A DNA stretch of 64,000 nt from Chiloscyllium plagiosum (GCF_004010195.1 NC_057756.1:1402672-1466671); one strand, 5' to 3'; positions 11,974-26,397 are shown, counted from the first letter of the stretch. Notes: generated by a model from the letters alone, not told the origin. Numbers and translations are program-made.

Positions 11974-13094
11974 CTGTTCGAAAACATCAATAAATTCAAG
12001 GATTAGAAAGATGGATATGAATAATGTATAATTTCCTACAATGAACAGGACGCCACTCCGCTTTCCTATGAAGTTTGAAATCAGTTTTCATTGCAGAGCC
12101 TGCAAAAAAAGGCAATACAAATTCACGGGAAATGGAAATAAACGTTATATAATTTGGCAGTTTGTACTGATTTTGTCCATAAATGTAAGCTGCCTCATTT
12201 TAAATGTAAGCTTTCCATGTTCCAGTCACTGCACGTTCTGCGAAGGAACAGAGCAAAATTTAAACGTTTCCCACTGATATACTGGGATCACATGTCATGC
12301 CAAATGCATTTCCGCCTGCTACACTGTTGAGTGAATCTGAAAGTTGCTCGACATATTTTCTATGCTCCATGATACTATTCATTATGCAAATGTAATTAAA
12401 TTTGGATGACAACTTTTGTTTGCCTAAGCTATGATAATAAATCACTTACAGTCTATAGTTACAGGATTTAGGTAGAAACTTTGATGAAAAATTGTGAAGA
12501 GAAAAGAAAAGACACAAAGGAGACTACAATATGGAGAAAATAAAAATAGTAGTTATTATATCTTTTCTAGGTATGAAATTCCAAGATACGTCAACGGTAA
12601 GGGAATACATTTTCTGTGCAGGTACCTTTTGCAATAGTTAACCTCATTGTTCTTCAGATAACAAGCTTTGTGAAGCAGAAGAGGATATCTGAAACTTGAT
12701 CTTACTTTTCCTGCCGTTTTCAAGGAGAAATGCCAAGAGGTGCAAAGGTTTTCATTTGTAGTCATAGGATACGAAATGACAGCTTCAGAACAAGTCATAA
12801 TGAATTCGTCATTAAGATAAAATGGACATGGCAATGAGCAAGTGAAATAACGTGGAAAACAAAGTGGAAAACAGGCCTCATACGAAAACAGCTACAACGA
12901 GATGACAACGTGGCACTAAACTGTCTATGAGAATTGTCCTGATGGGCCGTCATAAAGAGCAATTTGAACATATTTTCCTGAACAATCGAATGTTTAGAAC
13001 AGTACTTAACAAACACAAATTGATGATACATCAAGAAATCTTAGATTCAGATAACATGAATATCAGAGACTTTGCTCAATTCTGTGAACTTTAC

Positions 13095-13118
13095 CTCTGG
13101 CTGTGATCGTGAGCATTG
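13095..13118 (-). CDS. Possible extra or alternative micro-exon (24 nt, phase 1-1): AMLTITAR
   Basis: cttgtggttcttAG|caatgctcacgatcacagccagag|GTaaag; open in frame but does not fit the 36/27 pattern. Confidence 0.3.
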
Positions 13119-13509
13119 CTAAGAACCACAAGTTCTCCAGATCATCCAGCGAGAAAAAGGGTCCCCAATGGGTTAAGCAGCATAAGGCTCATTGTCAATA
13201 CGCATTAGGTGTTTTTTGTACTTACTACTACTACAAATACACACACACACACAAGCACACACACACAGCTCTACCTATATCTCTCAAAATATCTATTTAC
13301 CATTCGATATGTTCATCGCTGCTTAATACTTATACATACCGCCAACAAATGTGTGGATTTGAATCACTTAACTCGATGAGTTTTTGCTTTCCCTCACTGA
13401 CTCCACTACCACACCATAACATCACCACCCATGTCGTTGACTTGTGGAGACGCAGGATGGTTTCATTCCATCTCAAATGACGAAAGGAGCATCAGTTGAT
13501 GGTTCAATC

Positions 13510-16415
13510 TTAAAGATGGTTTTCACTGAACCAGAGGGGTACCAATATCCTGACCGGGGGTAGGGGTGGGGGTGGGAGGCGATATTTGCTAATGCTCTTC
13601 GGGTGGGTTTAAACTAATTCAGCAGGTGGATGGGAAATGAAATTGTAGTTCGAATATACGGGAGGATGAGAGTAGTGACGTCAGAACTAAGATTTCAAGA
13701 TTGCAAGAAGGCACCAGCGGACAAGGCGTTGGTTTGAGGTGCATCAACTGCAATACCAGGAGCATCCGAAATAAGGTGGGTGAACATGCAGCATGGAGGT
13801 ACTTGGGATTTCGATGTTGTGGCCATTTCAGGGACATGGGAGTGGAATGGCAATTGCAGCTTCCAGGATTTAGTTGTCCCAGTAAGAACAGAGAAAATGG
13901 TAAAAATGTTGGTGTGGCACTGTTACTTCAAGGGCAGTATTAGGATTGCAGAAAGGACGTTTGAGGACTCGTCTACTGAGGCAGTATGACTTGAGATTAG
14001 AAACAGGAAAGGAGAGGGTACACTGTTGGGAGTTTTCTATAGGCCTCCAAATAGTTCCAGAGATGTAGAAGATAGAATAGCAAAGATAATCCTCGATAAG
14101 AGCGAGCGTGACAGGGTAGCTGTTTTGGGGGACTTTAACTTGATTGGGAATAATGTAGTTCAAGTATTTTAGATGAGTCAGTTGTTGTCCAATGTGTGTG
14201 GAACGATTCCTGATACAGCATGTAGACAGTCCAACAAGGGGCGAGACCACATTAAATTTGATACTGGGTAATGAACCCAGCCAGTGATAGACTTGGAGGT
14301 AGGTGAGCACTTTGGTGATAGTGACCACAATTCGGTTATGTTTACTTTAATAATGGAAATGGACAGTTATATAACGCAGGATAAGAGTTATATCTGGGGA
14401 AAGGATATTATGATGCGATTAGGCAAGATTTAGGATGCATAGGAATTGCAAGGGGATGGGCATATTTGAAATGTGGAACTTATTAAAGGACCAGCTACTG
14501 CGGATTCTTGATAGGTATGTACCTGTCAATCAGGGAAGGCGATGCCAAGCGCAGGAGCCATGGTTTACCAAGGAAGTTGAACGTCGTATCAAGAGGAAGA
14601 AGTAGGTTTATGTTAGGATGAGATGTCATGGCTCATTTAGGGTGCTTGAGAGTTACAATTTAACCAGGAAAGATCGAAATAGAAAAGTAAGAGGAGACAG
14701 GAGGGGACATGAGAAGTCGTTGGTAGATCAGAACAAGGAAAACCCTAAGTCTTTCTGTACGTATACCAGGAATAAAAGAATGACGAGGGTAAGATTAGGG
14801 CCAAATAAGCATAGCAGTGGGAAGTTGTGCGTTGATGCAGAGGAGATGGAGAAGCGCTAAATGAATATTTTACGTCAGTATTCACACTGGAAAAAGACAA
14901 TGTCGTCGAGGAGAATACTGGGATACAGACTACTAGCCTAGATGGAATTGAGGTGCACAAGAAGGAGGTGTTCACAATTCTGCAAAATGTTAAAATAGAT
15001 AAATCCTCGGGGCCAGAGAGGAGATTGCCGAGCCTTAGGTTTTGAACTTGATGACGTCATTTTCTACAGAAATTGTGTCAAAAGACTGGAAGATAGCAAA
15101 TGTTGTTCCCTTGTTCAAGAAGGGGAGGAGAGAGAGCCATGGAAGTTATAGAACTGTGAACCTTAATTCAATTGTGGGTAAAGTGCTGCAAAGACTTATC
15201 AGAGATATAATTTGCAATCATTCAAGGCTTTTGTGAAGTGTAGGTCACGCCTCACAAACCTTACTGAGTTTTCTGAGAAGGTGACCAAACAGGTGGATGA
15301 GGGAAAAGTCATTGATGGTTGGAAATGGATTTCAGCAAGGCGTTTGACAAGGTTCGCCAGGGTAGACTATTGCACAATAAATGGAGGCATAGGATTGAGT
15401 GCAATTTAGTGGTTTGGACGAGAGGATAGTAGTTAAGGGGAAATATTCATCCGAGAGTTCAGGTAATAGTAGGGTACCACAATATCTGTTTTGGGTCCAC
15501 TGTTGTATGTCAGTTTCAAAAAATGTGCTGGATGAAGGCATAGAAGGATGGGTTAGTAAATTTGAAGATGACACGAAGGTCGGTAGATTTTTGGATATTT
15601 TTGGAGGACGTTGTAGGTTACAGAGATGCAAAGATAAGCTGCAAAGCTGGGCTGACCGGTGGCAAATGGAGTTGAATGTGAAAACGTGAGGTGATTCGCT
15701 TTGGAAGAAGTAACAGGAATGCAGATTATGGGCTAATGGTAAGATTCTTGATAGTGTAGATGAACAGAGGGATCTTGGTGTCCAGGTACATTAAGCCTTG
15801 AAACCAGGTAGATCAACTTGTTAAGAAGACATTGGTGTTAGAAGGCTTTAAAAGGGAGAGGGATTGAGTTTTAGAACCATCAGATCATGCTGCAGCTGCT
15901 TAAAACTATGGTGTAGCCACAATTGGAGTATTGTGTACAGTTTTGGATTATAGGAAAGATGTGGAAGACTTGGAAAGGGTTCAGAGGAGATTCACTAGGA
16001 TGTTGCCTGGTATGGAGGGAAGGTCTAACGAGGGAATTCTGTGGGACTTGAGACTGTATTTGTCAGAGAGAAGAAGGTTGAGAGACTACTTATTTAAGAC
16101 ATATCAGAGGGTTAGATAGGTTTGACAGGGAGCCTTTTACCTCGGATGGTGATGGCCAGCAGGAGGGTACATAGCTTTAAATTAAGGGGTGATGGTTAAT
16201 GGACAGATGTCAGGCGTAGTTTCTTGCCTCAGAAACTAGTAGCGGAATGGAATGCACTGCCTGCAACTGTAGTAGACTGGCGAAGTTCAATGGCATTTAA
16301 ATGGTCATTAGATAGCCATATAGACGAAAATTGAATAGTTGAAGTTAGATAGGTTTCAGATTGGTTCCACAGGTCTGCGAAAAATCGAGGGCCGCTGTAA
16401 TTTTCTATATTTTAT
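13510..16415 (+). mobile_element. Decayed CR1 LINE from ORF1 end through ORF2 to 3' tail
   Basis: LRCINCNTRSIRNKV (endonuclease start), YRPP, KFEDDTKVG (RT ADD motif region), LERVQRRFTRMLPG, 3' tail near 16400. Confidence 0.92.
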
Positions 16416-17720
16416 CGCACCGAAACTGTGGCAGATTTCTTCAAGATTTCATTGAGCTATCATACCAGTCTCCCCAGCAACCACACCACCCTCGCAACTA
16501 AAGCTGTGTTGCACTTGTGAATCTTTTGATGCGAAAGAAGATGATCTATGACCATTTTGAATACTGGTGAAGGTTCGAAGAGCTGCTTCTACTTGTGCAT
16601 TTTCTGTTTTGATGCAGTATTGTTAAGATTTGGTCGAATATTTCTGCGAACCCATTACTTTAATGCAATTATGCATGGAAAGTGTGATATGAAATGAATA
16701 AAACATTGTGCTTAAAACCATGAAAGTCAATCATTATTGCCTATTTTGCAGGTACAACAACAAAGTCTGATTTCACACTTCTCAGCGTCAAAGATGAGCA
16801 CCTGTAAAATGCCTATTAAAGGCGAGATATATCACATGAATTGACAACAATTGGGGAAATTATTCTAACTTTTACAGTTGGTCAAACATTATCTGTTTAT
16901 TATCAAAATTGCAATCTCACTATAATTTATTTTAATCGAAAAAAATCGACATGATTAATTGTCCCTTTATTACTTTCAGATAGCAGCATGCTTATGTTCA
17001 TAAATTGGATGTGATTCGAAATTCAACACAACTGTTGTGGTCTTCCACATTAAGTGATTAATGTTTACTTACATCTGAATAACTGAGACAGATATGAGGT
17101 GTGCAGCTGAAACAATTTCTGATATTCCAATTTAAGACTGCTTTTGCGCTTCTGCCTTGGTGCTTTGCTCAAAGTAGAATGTATGGTATCAAAGTTATTC
17201 TGTCAAATTAATTGCCTGAATTCACAGAAGAATCTCATTGATGGAGCAGGCAGCCAACAGTAAGTTATAAGGGAAACTACGTACAATAACATAATCAAAA
17301 CTTCGTGAAATGGAAATGCATTTTCTTCCGTCAAAGCCTCAGGGTTTGCCCTTCTGGCCCGTCCTTTGAATAATGCTTTGCATTCTAAACATTTCAGAAC
17401 ATTTTAGGAAACACCGTTCATGATTTAAGAACTGGAGCGCATACACATCACCGAAAGCAGTTCTGCAATTCCAATATCACACGAAGTTATTACAGATTGA
17501 TGGCTTTCATTTATGTAACATTTTCCTAATGAGTTTATTTTCTCAACCCATTCTCCCTTTCAAGCTTACTTGCTTCTAACTTTGTGACTCGTTATAATTC
17601 AAAATTTCAATTATATCGCAATCATCATCAGTAAATTGATATTTACACTATTTACATTTCACTATATTGTGCTCAGTGGCAAATTCTCAATGCAAACAAA
17701 AAGATCTGAGTCTTTCTCAC

Positions 17721-17756
17721 CCAACTGTTTCAGTTTTTCTGACAACGCTTTTATTT
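17721..17756 (-). CDS. Micro-exon 10 (36 nt, phase 1-1): EIKALSEKLKQL
   Basis: gattttcgacatttttcAG|aaataaaagcgttgtcagaaaaactgaaacagttgg|GTgaga. Confidence 0.8.
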
Positions 17757-18834
17757 CTGAAAAATGTCGAAAATCATCACAAAAGATGCGATTTGAAATG
17801 ATCTGAATTCTTCAAATTAATATGATTATACATTATTTCATATTTGAACTGTAGCCTTAGCAAACTGCGTTCAACAATTTCCAAGGTGCTAAGAAGTACT
17901 AATTATCACAGTTTCTACTTTCTGTTAATATGCAGTGGCTAAATTTTAACAAGAAATGCAAGTGTTCCTTTGTTCTCGTTTTACTGTTCCATGGAATTCT
18001 TATTATTGAATTACTCACTCGTGAGATGTGGATGTCACGGGCTAGGGCAATATGTATTGGCTCGTCTTGGATTACATAATGCTGCATTTATGAAAATCTT
18101 CAGTTCGTGTACTGCCGGTGCTTAAGATTCACTGATCCACTTCTAGACAATTTAATGGATATCTAAACTATCTACACGTTCGCTCAATGCATATCTAACA
18201 ACAAAGAAAGAAGAACTGCAAGAATACAATTGAGACAAACGTGAACGGTTTCAAAATTCATAAATATTCAAAGGATGAGTGGCATGATTCTTATCTTTAT
18301 TGAACGAGTTTTTCTGAAAATGATTTGCTTTGATGGCAAAGCTAATTTGTGAACGGTAACATTATTTCATGGCTAGAAAAGGAACATAAATTCAATGCTT
18401 AAAATACTCTCCAATAGCTATAAATCATAGACGCTCGTACTCCAAATTACATGCATATGAAAAGAGGTAATGTTTAGTTCAGTACAACATTAGCAATGTC
18501 AATTGACAGCTGTTGCTGCGAATTGGTAAGAAATTCATCCAGATATTTGAGAACATGGGACACGGATCTCATGAATCCATGCCAATGTCAAAAATGATAT
18601 AAATGTTGAAATTCAGAAGAAAATCGACACGCAAGTGTTTTGCCACAATGCAAACGTCACCAACAACACGTTTTTATTCATGCTGAATGCCTTCCTGCGT
18701 CAACTCTCACCTGCACAACTTTCTCAGGTATCAGTGGTCTGACTTATAAAATTTGAGTGATTAAGTAAAGTCCTAGAAACAGTGTGATACTCAATTCTAA
18801 AAGGTTTACATCCGATACAGTAAAAACTATGGAT

Positions 18835-19162
18835 TTTCATAGAACAGAATACCTAAGCGGGGAAGCAGGCCCTTTGGCAAAGCAAGTCCACACAGACGCT
18901 CGACAGAGTAACCCACCCAGACACATTCCCGTACCATCCTCTACATTTACCCCTGACTAATGCATCTAACCTATGCATCCCTGAAGACTGGGCAATTCAG
19001 CAAACCGGCACATCTTTGGATTGTAGGAGGAAACCGAGAAAAACCCATGCAGAAAGGGGGAGAATGTGCGAACTCCACACAGACAGTCGCCAAGGCTAGA
19101 ATTGAGGTCAGGTCCCTGCCGCTGTGAGGTAGCAGTGCTAACCAGTGAGCCACCGTGCCACC
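18835..19162 (-). mobile_element. HE1-type SINE
   Basis: Same head, core and tail as other copies; more diverged. Confidence 0.88.
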
Positions 19163-19548
19163 AAGCTTTGCTTATCGAGAATGACACAGTCCCTGGGTTT
19201 CCCTGATCTCTAGTGATCCAGTTGCACTGAGTTTCTGCTATCTCCAGCCACTGTCTTTGACTGAAACAAGAAGTATTTCGTAGAGTTTTAAGAGACATTT
19301 AGTTTCCTCTCAGAAGGTCAGCTCTACTCTCAGGTAAATTAACAAAGTATAAAAGCGGTGGTACATATTCCCTTTATTGCAAATACTGATCGGCAGATGC
19401 CTAAAAAGGACATGGATCGAAAAAGAAAAAGGACAGATCAGAAAGAACGCTAACAACAGAATTAAAGCAGATGCTCGAACAGGAATTATGATCAAAAATT
19501 ATATTGGGAGCTAAAGATAAATATCAAGGCAAAACAAGAGACCTTTAC

Positions 19549-19575
19549 CTGTGTTTGCAAGCATCAGTGCTTCAT
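19549..19575 (-). CDS. Micro-exon 9 (27 nt, phase 1-1): DEALMLANT
   Basis: tattcctcactcacAG|atgaagcactgatgcttgcaaacacag|GTaaag. Confidence 0.78.
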
Positions 19576-19830
19576 CTGTGAGTGAGGAATATTTCCGTAT
19601 AGAAATGTTAGGTTTTACGTAAGCAGCATAGTGTCTCCATTGATGTTTCAAGTTACACCTAGGAAGGAGGTAACTATTGACATTCACTTGGACCTCAACA
19701 GACACACTTATAAGCAAGACATGAAGTTAATTAGATTGAATAAAAAATGGCGCCAGGTATCCCAATACAAGTCTTGAACTTCATTTGAACTTCATGCAAG
19801 TCGTCTTCCTTTTTAAGTTGTCTCCTGATA

Positions 19831-19942
19831 TAATCACGTGATTCAACTCTTTCCTCACTGTCAATAGCGGCAGTTTCTCCCAAAAATAATCACGTGATTT
19901 AATTGTTTCCTCACTGTCAATAGCGGCAATTTATCCCAAAAA
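19831..19942. repeat. Two-copy 56-bp tandem repeat, each copy with palindrome aatcacgtgatt
   Basis: taatcacgtgatt...tttcctcactgtcaatagcggca..t.tcccaaaaa occurs twice. Confidence 0.9.
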
Positions 19943-20774
19943 TAGACTGGTTTAATAGTCGGGCAAGTCAATTGATTTTGCATACATTAAAATCTGGCCA
20001 GTATAAAAAAAGATATCATACATTTCCTGTAAAATAGAAGATATATCGACATGGACAGACGGACAAACGTTTATCTGTCATCATTTACAATGTTTGTGCA
20101 GTACTTTCCATTCCAATTTCATACATGGAGTGCAATTCGTGGCAAATATCACGTGAACCATAGTTCACAATCATAGGATATGTAAACTTCTATGTGTTAT
20201 AAAATATTAAGGAATGCAAAACATGACTTCCAATGTACTTTTCAATAAAATTATGAAATGGTGTGACTTGATACCGGATGCAGCTTCGTATTACTGGCTC
20301 TAATGCATCATGCATAGATCACGCAATGTTCTGTCGACATAAAGATGGAATGTATACAGATATTTTCGAAAACTGATTTCTTAAAATGTTAATGAAAGGT
20401 TTCCTGAATTCGTAGATGAAAGGAAACAATAATCTCTGTTTGCTTCTTAACCAGAGTAATTGTTTGGTGGAACATTGATTGAAATCTTTATGAAAACATT
20501 CACTCCATAATTGTGCGAAGGAATGTTCTCGCTATAAATGTAAATTGGAGAGAAATGTATTGTTTCGATCAAATATTTTACAGTTATCATTCAGCAATAA
20601 ATTTTCTTACACGATCACTATTTTGGAAATGAAAAATGCACGAGCTGATTATCTTCGCAACATAACAATTTAGGAATTTGTGTTTAAGACAATTAATACC
20701 AAGTATTCTTCATTTCAAATAGTTTGACCTTTTTTTAAAGTCTGACAAAAGCAATTTTTTTCAGAGGCACTTAC

Positions 20775-20801
20775 CTTTGCTTTCAAGCTTTCGTTCCAAT
20801 T
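20775..20801 (-). CDS. Micro-exon 8 (27 nt, phase 1-1): ELERKLESK
   Basis: ttctttctatcattacAG|aattggaacgaaagcttgaaagcaaag|GTaagt (consensus donor and acceptor). Confidence 0.85.
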
Positions 20802-21534
20802 CTGTAATGATAGAAAGAATTTTATAAAAAGTTTTGAATTAATTGTTAAACATAACATGAAGATACAATCAAGTGACAATGTCCATTATTTTGCCCCAAC
20901 ACTCAATTGCAGGAATAATAATAAGTATTGCTGAAAATAAATACATTTTGTGGAAACATTTTCTTTGGATACTCTCAGGCCAAATCATAAACAATGCCAG
21001 TATCGCATCCAAACAATTGTACATCCTGATCTCGTGAAATAAAGTCTTGTCATACCTTTTCCATAATAATGATGTTAACTTGTCTCCTCCGTCATGGATA
21101 TCGATGCAAAATATCGATTCAACTCACTTGCCATCACCTTGGTTCAGATTAATTTCCTGGACTCAATTTAGTTAGAATCAATGCTCATGTTAAATATTTT
21201 TTTCTCTATCAAAATATTTGCAGAGGGTTTTAATGTCTGGCCTTATTTTTCTATCTAGCTTTCTGTTAAACTCTTTTAAAAATAATAATCATAATTGTTG
21301 TTGTTATTATTATGATGATGATTTTGATGTCTGATCTTGTGGCTTGTTATCTGTCATTGCACTATTGCATGGTTATCACTGAAACTTCAGTTTGATCTTT
21401 GGCTATTGACGTCTCAATGATGAAAGACCATTAATTTCAGTCATAAACTTTGGAATGTATCTGTGCAGCTCATCATGACTTTGCCCCTCATATTTCCCTG
21501 TATCCTTAAGAGTAATGCTTAATATAGGAGTAAG

Positions 21535-21750
21535 TTACTGCAGATGTTGGAACCTGCATTGATAACAGCAAAGGCTCGAGATCATATCGGGTCAGACAGC
21601 ATCAATGGAGAAAGAGCAAGCTAACATTTCGAGTCCAGATGACTTCATCAGAGCACTGATGTGAAGGCATCTAGATGCAAAATTGTAACTTGCTGTCTCT
21701 TCATGGAAGCTGTCTGACACTTTGTGACCTCCAACATTTGTTGTTTTCTA
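21535..21750. mobile_element. Fold-back (palindromic) Penelope-derived repeat with decayed hammerhead-like cores
   Basis: Arms tcagacagc...agcaag / cttgct...gctgtctga around ttcatcagagcactgatg; minus strand ctgatgaagtcatctggactcgaaatgtta. Confidence 0.65.
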
Positions 21751-22249
21751 TTCTGTTATGTGTCATTTGCAGTCAACTCTTCTTTCACGCCTTCATAGTT
21801 AGACTTTAACGAATGTAGTCTTTTCCTTGAATGGGATGGAAAGGTCAGTCATATTACAGTCTCTATAACGAGATATGGCTTTATTAAGCGTTCATCAATT
21901 CATCCTATCTCGTTGTGCATTACTCCATTCAGCCCACCATAATGTGTTCCGTTTACAGATAAATATATTGTCGTTCGAAACAAGTTCACTGGACATGAAA
22001 CCTTAATTATTCCTTCTCCTCACAGGTGCGGTCAGCCTTTCTGCATTCCTCCAGCAATTTCTGCTTTCATCCACCAACTTATGGCTTCCCATTTTATTGT
22101 GCTTTCATTAGTGCTAAATACTAAAGCTACACAGCTAACATGTTTTAACCTTGTGCACTTCCTGAACGTTCCTTGCCATTCAACATTCAGATCAAAATCT
22201 ATGATAATCAAAAGTCACGTCGATGCTGTGGTAACCATATTGTACCTCG

Positions 22250-22740
22250 AGTCATAGAGTAATAGAGGTGTATAGTACAGAAACAGAACTCCGGTCCAAA
22301 CCCACAGCAGAACCCCTCCAACCGTCTCAATATTCGTGTATATTTTTTCTCTTCACTTTCAAGTTTCACAACATTCTTCCTGTCGCAGGGAGAGCCGCAT
22401 TGCATGTTGGTCCAAAGGTGACCATGCAATGTGCTGTACAGCTGCAAAATGACCTGTCAACTACTATAACCTTGCACTGACCAATAAAGGCAAGAATATT
22501 AAACGCCTTCTTGTCCACTTTGTTCCCTACGACTCATAGATTCATGTATCTATGAACCTGCAATCTGAGGGCCCTATGTTGAGCATGACGTTCCAGTACC
22601 GTATGATTAAGTGTATATGTCTTGCCCTGATTTACCATTCCAAAAAGCAGCATCTCACATTTATAGAAATTAAAATCCATCTGTCAGTCCTCAGCCCATT
22701 GACCCACTTTATCAAGGTCCCGTTGAACCCTTGACATTTG
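22250..22740 (-). mobile_element. CR1 LINE C-terminal fragment
   Basis: MQLYSTL...NVVKLES...YTRILRRLEG. Confidence 0.8.
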
Positions 22741-23059
22741 TCATTACTCCGTGTTCCTGATTAATATGTTTCCTTTTCAATGCTACATTCACTCAGATGC
22801 ATAGCCTGCAGTTTTATATTCTACTCTTTTTTTGTATAATCTCTAATGTTATATTTTGTTGACTGTTTAATTTGAAGTCTCTTACTCTTCCTGAATGGTC
22901 TGTATGTAATTTTCAATAATGCTGTCTTTATAGGTGACTTTTGGTCTATGATGTAGTGTAGTTACATCGTCCCACATTTGTTTCCTTGTCCTCCACATTT
23001 AGTTTCAAAGCGTCTTTGCTTCCCATAACATGTTAAAAATAAAGTGCCCATACATCGAG

Positions 23060-23625
23060 TCTTTGAGTCATAAGGATGTATAGCACAGAAGCAGACCCTT
23101 TGGTCCAAAACGTCCATGCCAATTAGACATCCTAAATTAATCAAGTCCCATTTGCCAGCATTCGTCCAATATCACACCACACTGTTCCTATCCATATTCA
23201 CATCAATATGACGTTTAAATGTTGCCATTATACCAGCTTCTACCAGTTTCGACAGGACAAACCATATCCCTACTGGCATCTGCACGAAAAAGCTGTCCCT
23301 TAGGATCCTTTTAAATATTTCCTGCCTCAACTGATACTTAGGCCATCCAGTTTTGTACACCCTTACCCTGGGGAAAAGGGCTTGACTATTCACACTCTCC
23401 ATGCTCCCTCATGACTGTATAAATCTCGAGAGGTTCAACCCCCAGCCTTGAATTCCACGGGGGAACTAGCCAAGTCAATGCATTCTCTCCCTACTGCTCC
23501 AACCGTCCAACTCTGGCACAATCCTTGTAAATTCTTTTTCTGAACCTCGTCAAATTTAACAACATGTATCCTATAGAAGGAAGATCAGAACTGAATGCAG
23601 AATTCCAAACGTTGCCTAAGCGACA
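23060..23625 (-). mobile_element. CR1 LINE 3' fragment
   Basis: SQALFPRV...FFVQMPVGIW...VEAG...FKRHID plus CR1 3' UTR. Confidence 0.8.
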
Positions 23626-23908
23626 TTCGTTGTATTCTGAGATAATCTTCTTCGTTCTTTACTACATCACCGGTCTTCGAATGTACTAACCATATCTCCT
23701 ACATTCACACCCAATTCATTTATATAAATGACTTAAAAGTGTAAAATATGGCGGTGGACATAGCAATAAATTAAAAAGTTCACAGTTTGTTGTATGACAA
23801 ATACAGGAAAAGATCATCTTTTTCTTTACTGAAACATGAATCTTGGGTGAACAGATCCTGTTGAACTTCCAACAAATCACGTAAATGTCTGTTTTTGACA
23901 AACCTTAC

Positions 23909-23935
23909 CTTTTACCTTCTGTCCGATGCGGCCAT
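23909..23935 (-). CDS. Micro-exon 7 (27 nt, phase 1-1): NGRIGQKVK
   Basis: ttgttcccattactgtcaacAG|atggccgcatcggacagaaggtaaaag|GTaagg. Confidence 0.75.
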
Positions 23936-26397
23936 CTGTTGACAGTAATGGGAACAATTTTGTGTGACAGATTCAAATGAAAAAATGTATCTAATTTTAC
24001 ATCAGACTTGAATGTTTTTCATCAGATTAACTTATAGTTGTTCTAAGTACCCCGTCACCTCATTAACATTACAGTGTACTTCGTGTTCGAAAATCAGTAA
24101 GTTTTATGTACATGTGCATGAGTAGTCACAACCGTACTCAATACTGGGTTATTTAAAGGAAAATAAAATTTACATTTTTTACGCTATTGTTATCCATTTA
24201 GATGGGCTTTTCTAATAAAAAAACACTTTACATAACAGGTCTTTTCAGTACGGCAAACTAAAGGACTCAATTTGTTTTGTATTTCAACTTGATTTGATTA
24301 ACCAAGTATTCCTTATTAAAAAAACAGGCAATTTCTCAAATTGCCACGATATTTGCTGTCTGTATGGCTCTAATCATTTGACAAAGCATATTGCCTTCAG
24401 TGATCCACGTGCTTGTGCTGGACCTTTGGAATCTTCTATCTCTTGCGTGGAGGGATAGCTATCTTGTGTGAACATGAATCTCATAGACAAGTGTGGTTAG
24501 CCTCCTAGACGTCTGCCATATTTCACTGTCTTCTGCCATGTATCTTAATGCCAGTTTCTGTGGAAAGTTGTGCGGTATTATCCCCCTCACCCCGGATTTT
24601 CCAGAATGATCTGTGGCCTGTGTCCAATCTGGTCATGAGTGGGGTTCAATGCATCTAATGACGTCACACAAACACCATTCACTGTTGCCATGCTGGAGAA
24701 ATGTAAAGTACACTCCCTCATGGTCTCGCTGCATATCAGAGAACTTTGTTAATGCTTCCAAAAACGAAACATTCTAGCTGACATAACTTGTTCTGTGTAA
24801 ACTTCTTGACCTTGGTTGCCACTGTCCTCTGTAGCTGATAATTGCTATCTGCTGAGTAATTCAGTTTGGTCAATTTTCTCTGAGGCCTGATTTCTCCATC
24901 TGTTTGTCAGTTGAAAATGTTCAATTCTGGCCCGTAGTGACTACACATTGACTCGATTTCAGCTGAAGCCATCAGAAATTCTTACCCGCAGTACTGACCC
25001 GTCTGGAAGTTAATGCTAAATTTATGTTCTTTGACATGGTAAACATTGATAATTCCATTCAAAGCAGTAATCGAGTTTTATATGAATTTTGAAGATTGAA
25101 GTGAGCAGTTTGCTGCCAAATTCTTTCCTGTGTTAAATGTTATTTTCATAAATAAGGGACCAACACTGCTCACAATACTCTTGATGCAGACTCACCAGCA
25201 ACTTATACAGTTCTATTTGGACCTCCCTTCTGATACTCTCCACCCCACTCCTAAAATAAAGGCCAACATTCCATTCGCCTTTCTAATTACAACCGTACCT
25301 GTGTGCTAATTTTCTGTTATTTCTTGCTCGCATACCCACAAAGTTGTATCTTTATTTTTGTCAAATATTCCCTTTTGTTTAGGAGTTGAACCTTTTCATC
25401 GTCACATAATTCTATTACTCTATTGCAGAACATATCTCCGTTCTTTGACTGTGAAATTTGTCCTCATTTTTTCTCATTTTATAGTGTTCAAACGACATTT
25501 CGGTTCATGGAAGGATAGTTTTTTTGTTTTTCTTCGCAGTCTGCCAACGCAGCTACAATCGTTTGGTGGAAAATACAAACGTTATTTTTTTTTTAGTCCA
25601 GTTCAAGTCCTTGGACAACTAAAACTCTGAACCTATTCAGTTTTTTAAAAATTGATTAGATTTATTCTTGTCACGTACTGAGATGCAGTGAAGGGTATTG
25701 TTTTTGGGTCCAAACCATACCTAGCACAAAAACGTTAAGGTAACAGAAGACAATGTAGAAAACAGTGTCAGAGCTCCAGAAAAGAGGAAGATTAATTCTA
25801 TTCTATACGTGGTCAGGTCATACAACCGATAGCAGCGGGGTGAAAATTATTGTTTTTTTTTCAAACTGTTGCATGGAAGAAGGTGGAAAAGATTATAACC
25901 GCTATGGGAGGGGTTTTGAATAAGTTTTGATTAAATGGGATACCATAAGGAAAAAAAATGACTTTTCAGCAGATGAATGAATAAAGTACAAACCATTTCT
26001 GCAATAATTAATGATAATTTAATATCTCAATGCTGGAAATAGAGTTAAAAATGCAAATAGTTTTATTGAAGGGGATTGGCAACTCGTGAATTACTGAATA
26101 GTTACTACTGATATCCAATACTGGCACAGTATGACTTAAATCTGAGAAAACATTGCAGAAAGAAGGGGATTCGATTACATGGGAGGATTTCCGAACAGTC
26201 ATTAATAAATATAAATAATCACAAATGCATCGAAATGCATCACCATAAATAAGCACATTTCCCATCCCAGTATGAGTAGATGAAATAGGAACTTCAAAAA
26301 TGTACCGACACAGTTAGGAACATTTATATCTCAAATAATTCCGAGAATGTGCCATATTCATTCTTTCTTGGGCTTTGCTCTTATTTCTGAAACTCAC

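Noticed and set aside
18711..18738. 28-nt minus-strand candidate exon
   Set aside because: Weak acceptor, stop in phase 1, wrong length
12571..19333. Plus-strand micro-exon-like segments (12571-12596, 17228-17259, 19314-19333)
   Set aside because: Lengths 26, 32 and 20 nt with no common phase or peptide similarity; consistent with background
24986..25015. 30-nt in-frame minus-strand candidate (ALTSRRVSTA) with gtaaga donor
   Set aside because: Acceptor lacks a pyrimidine tract and the segment does not fit the module pattern
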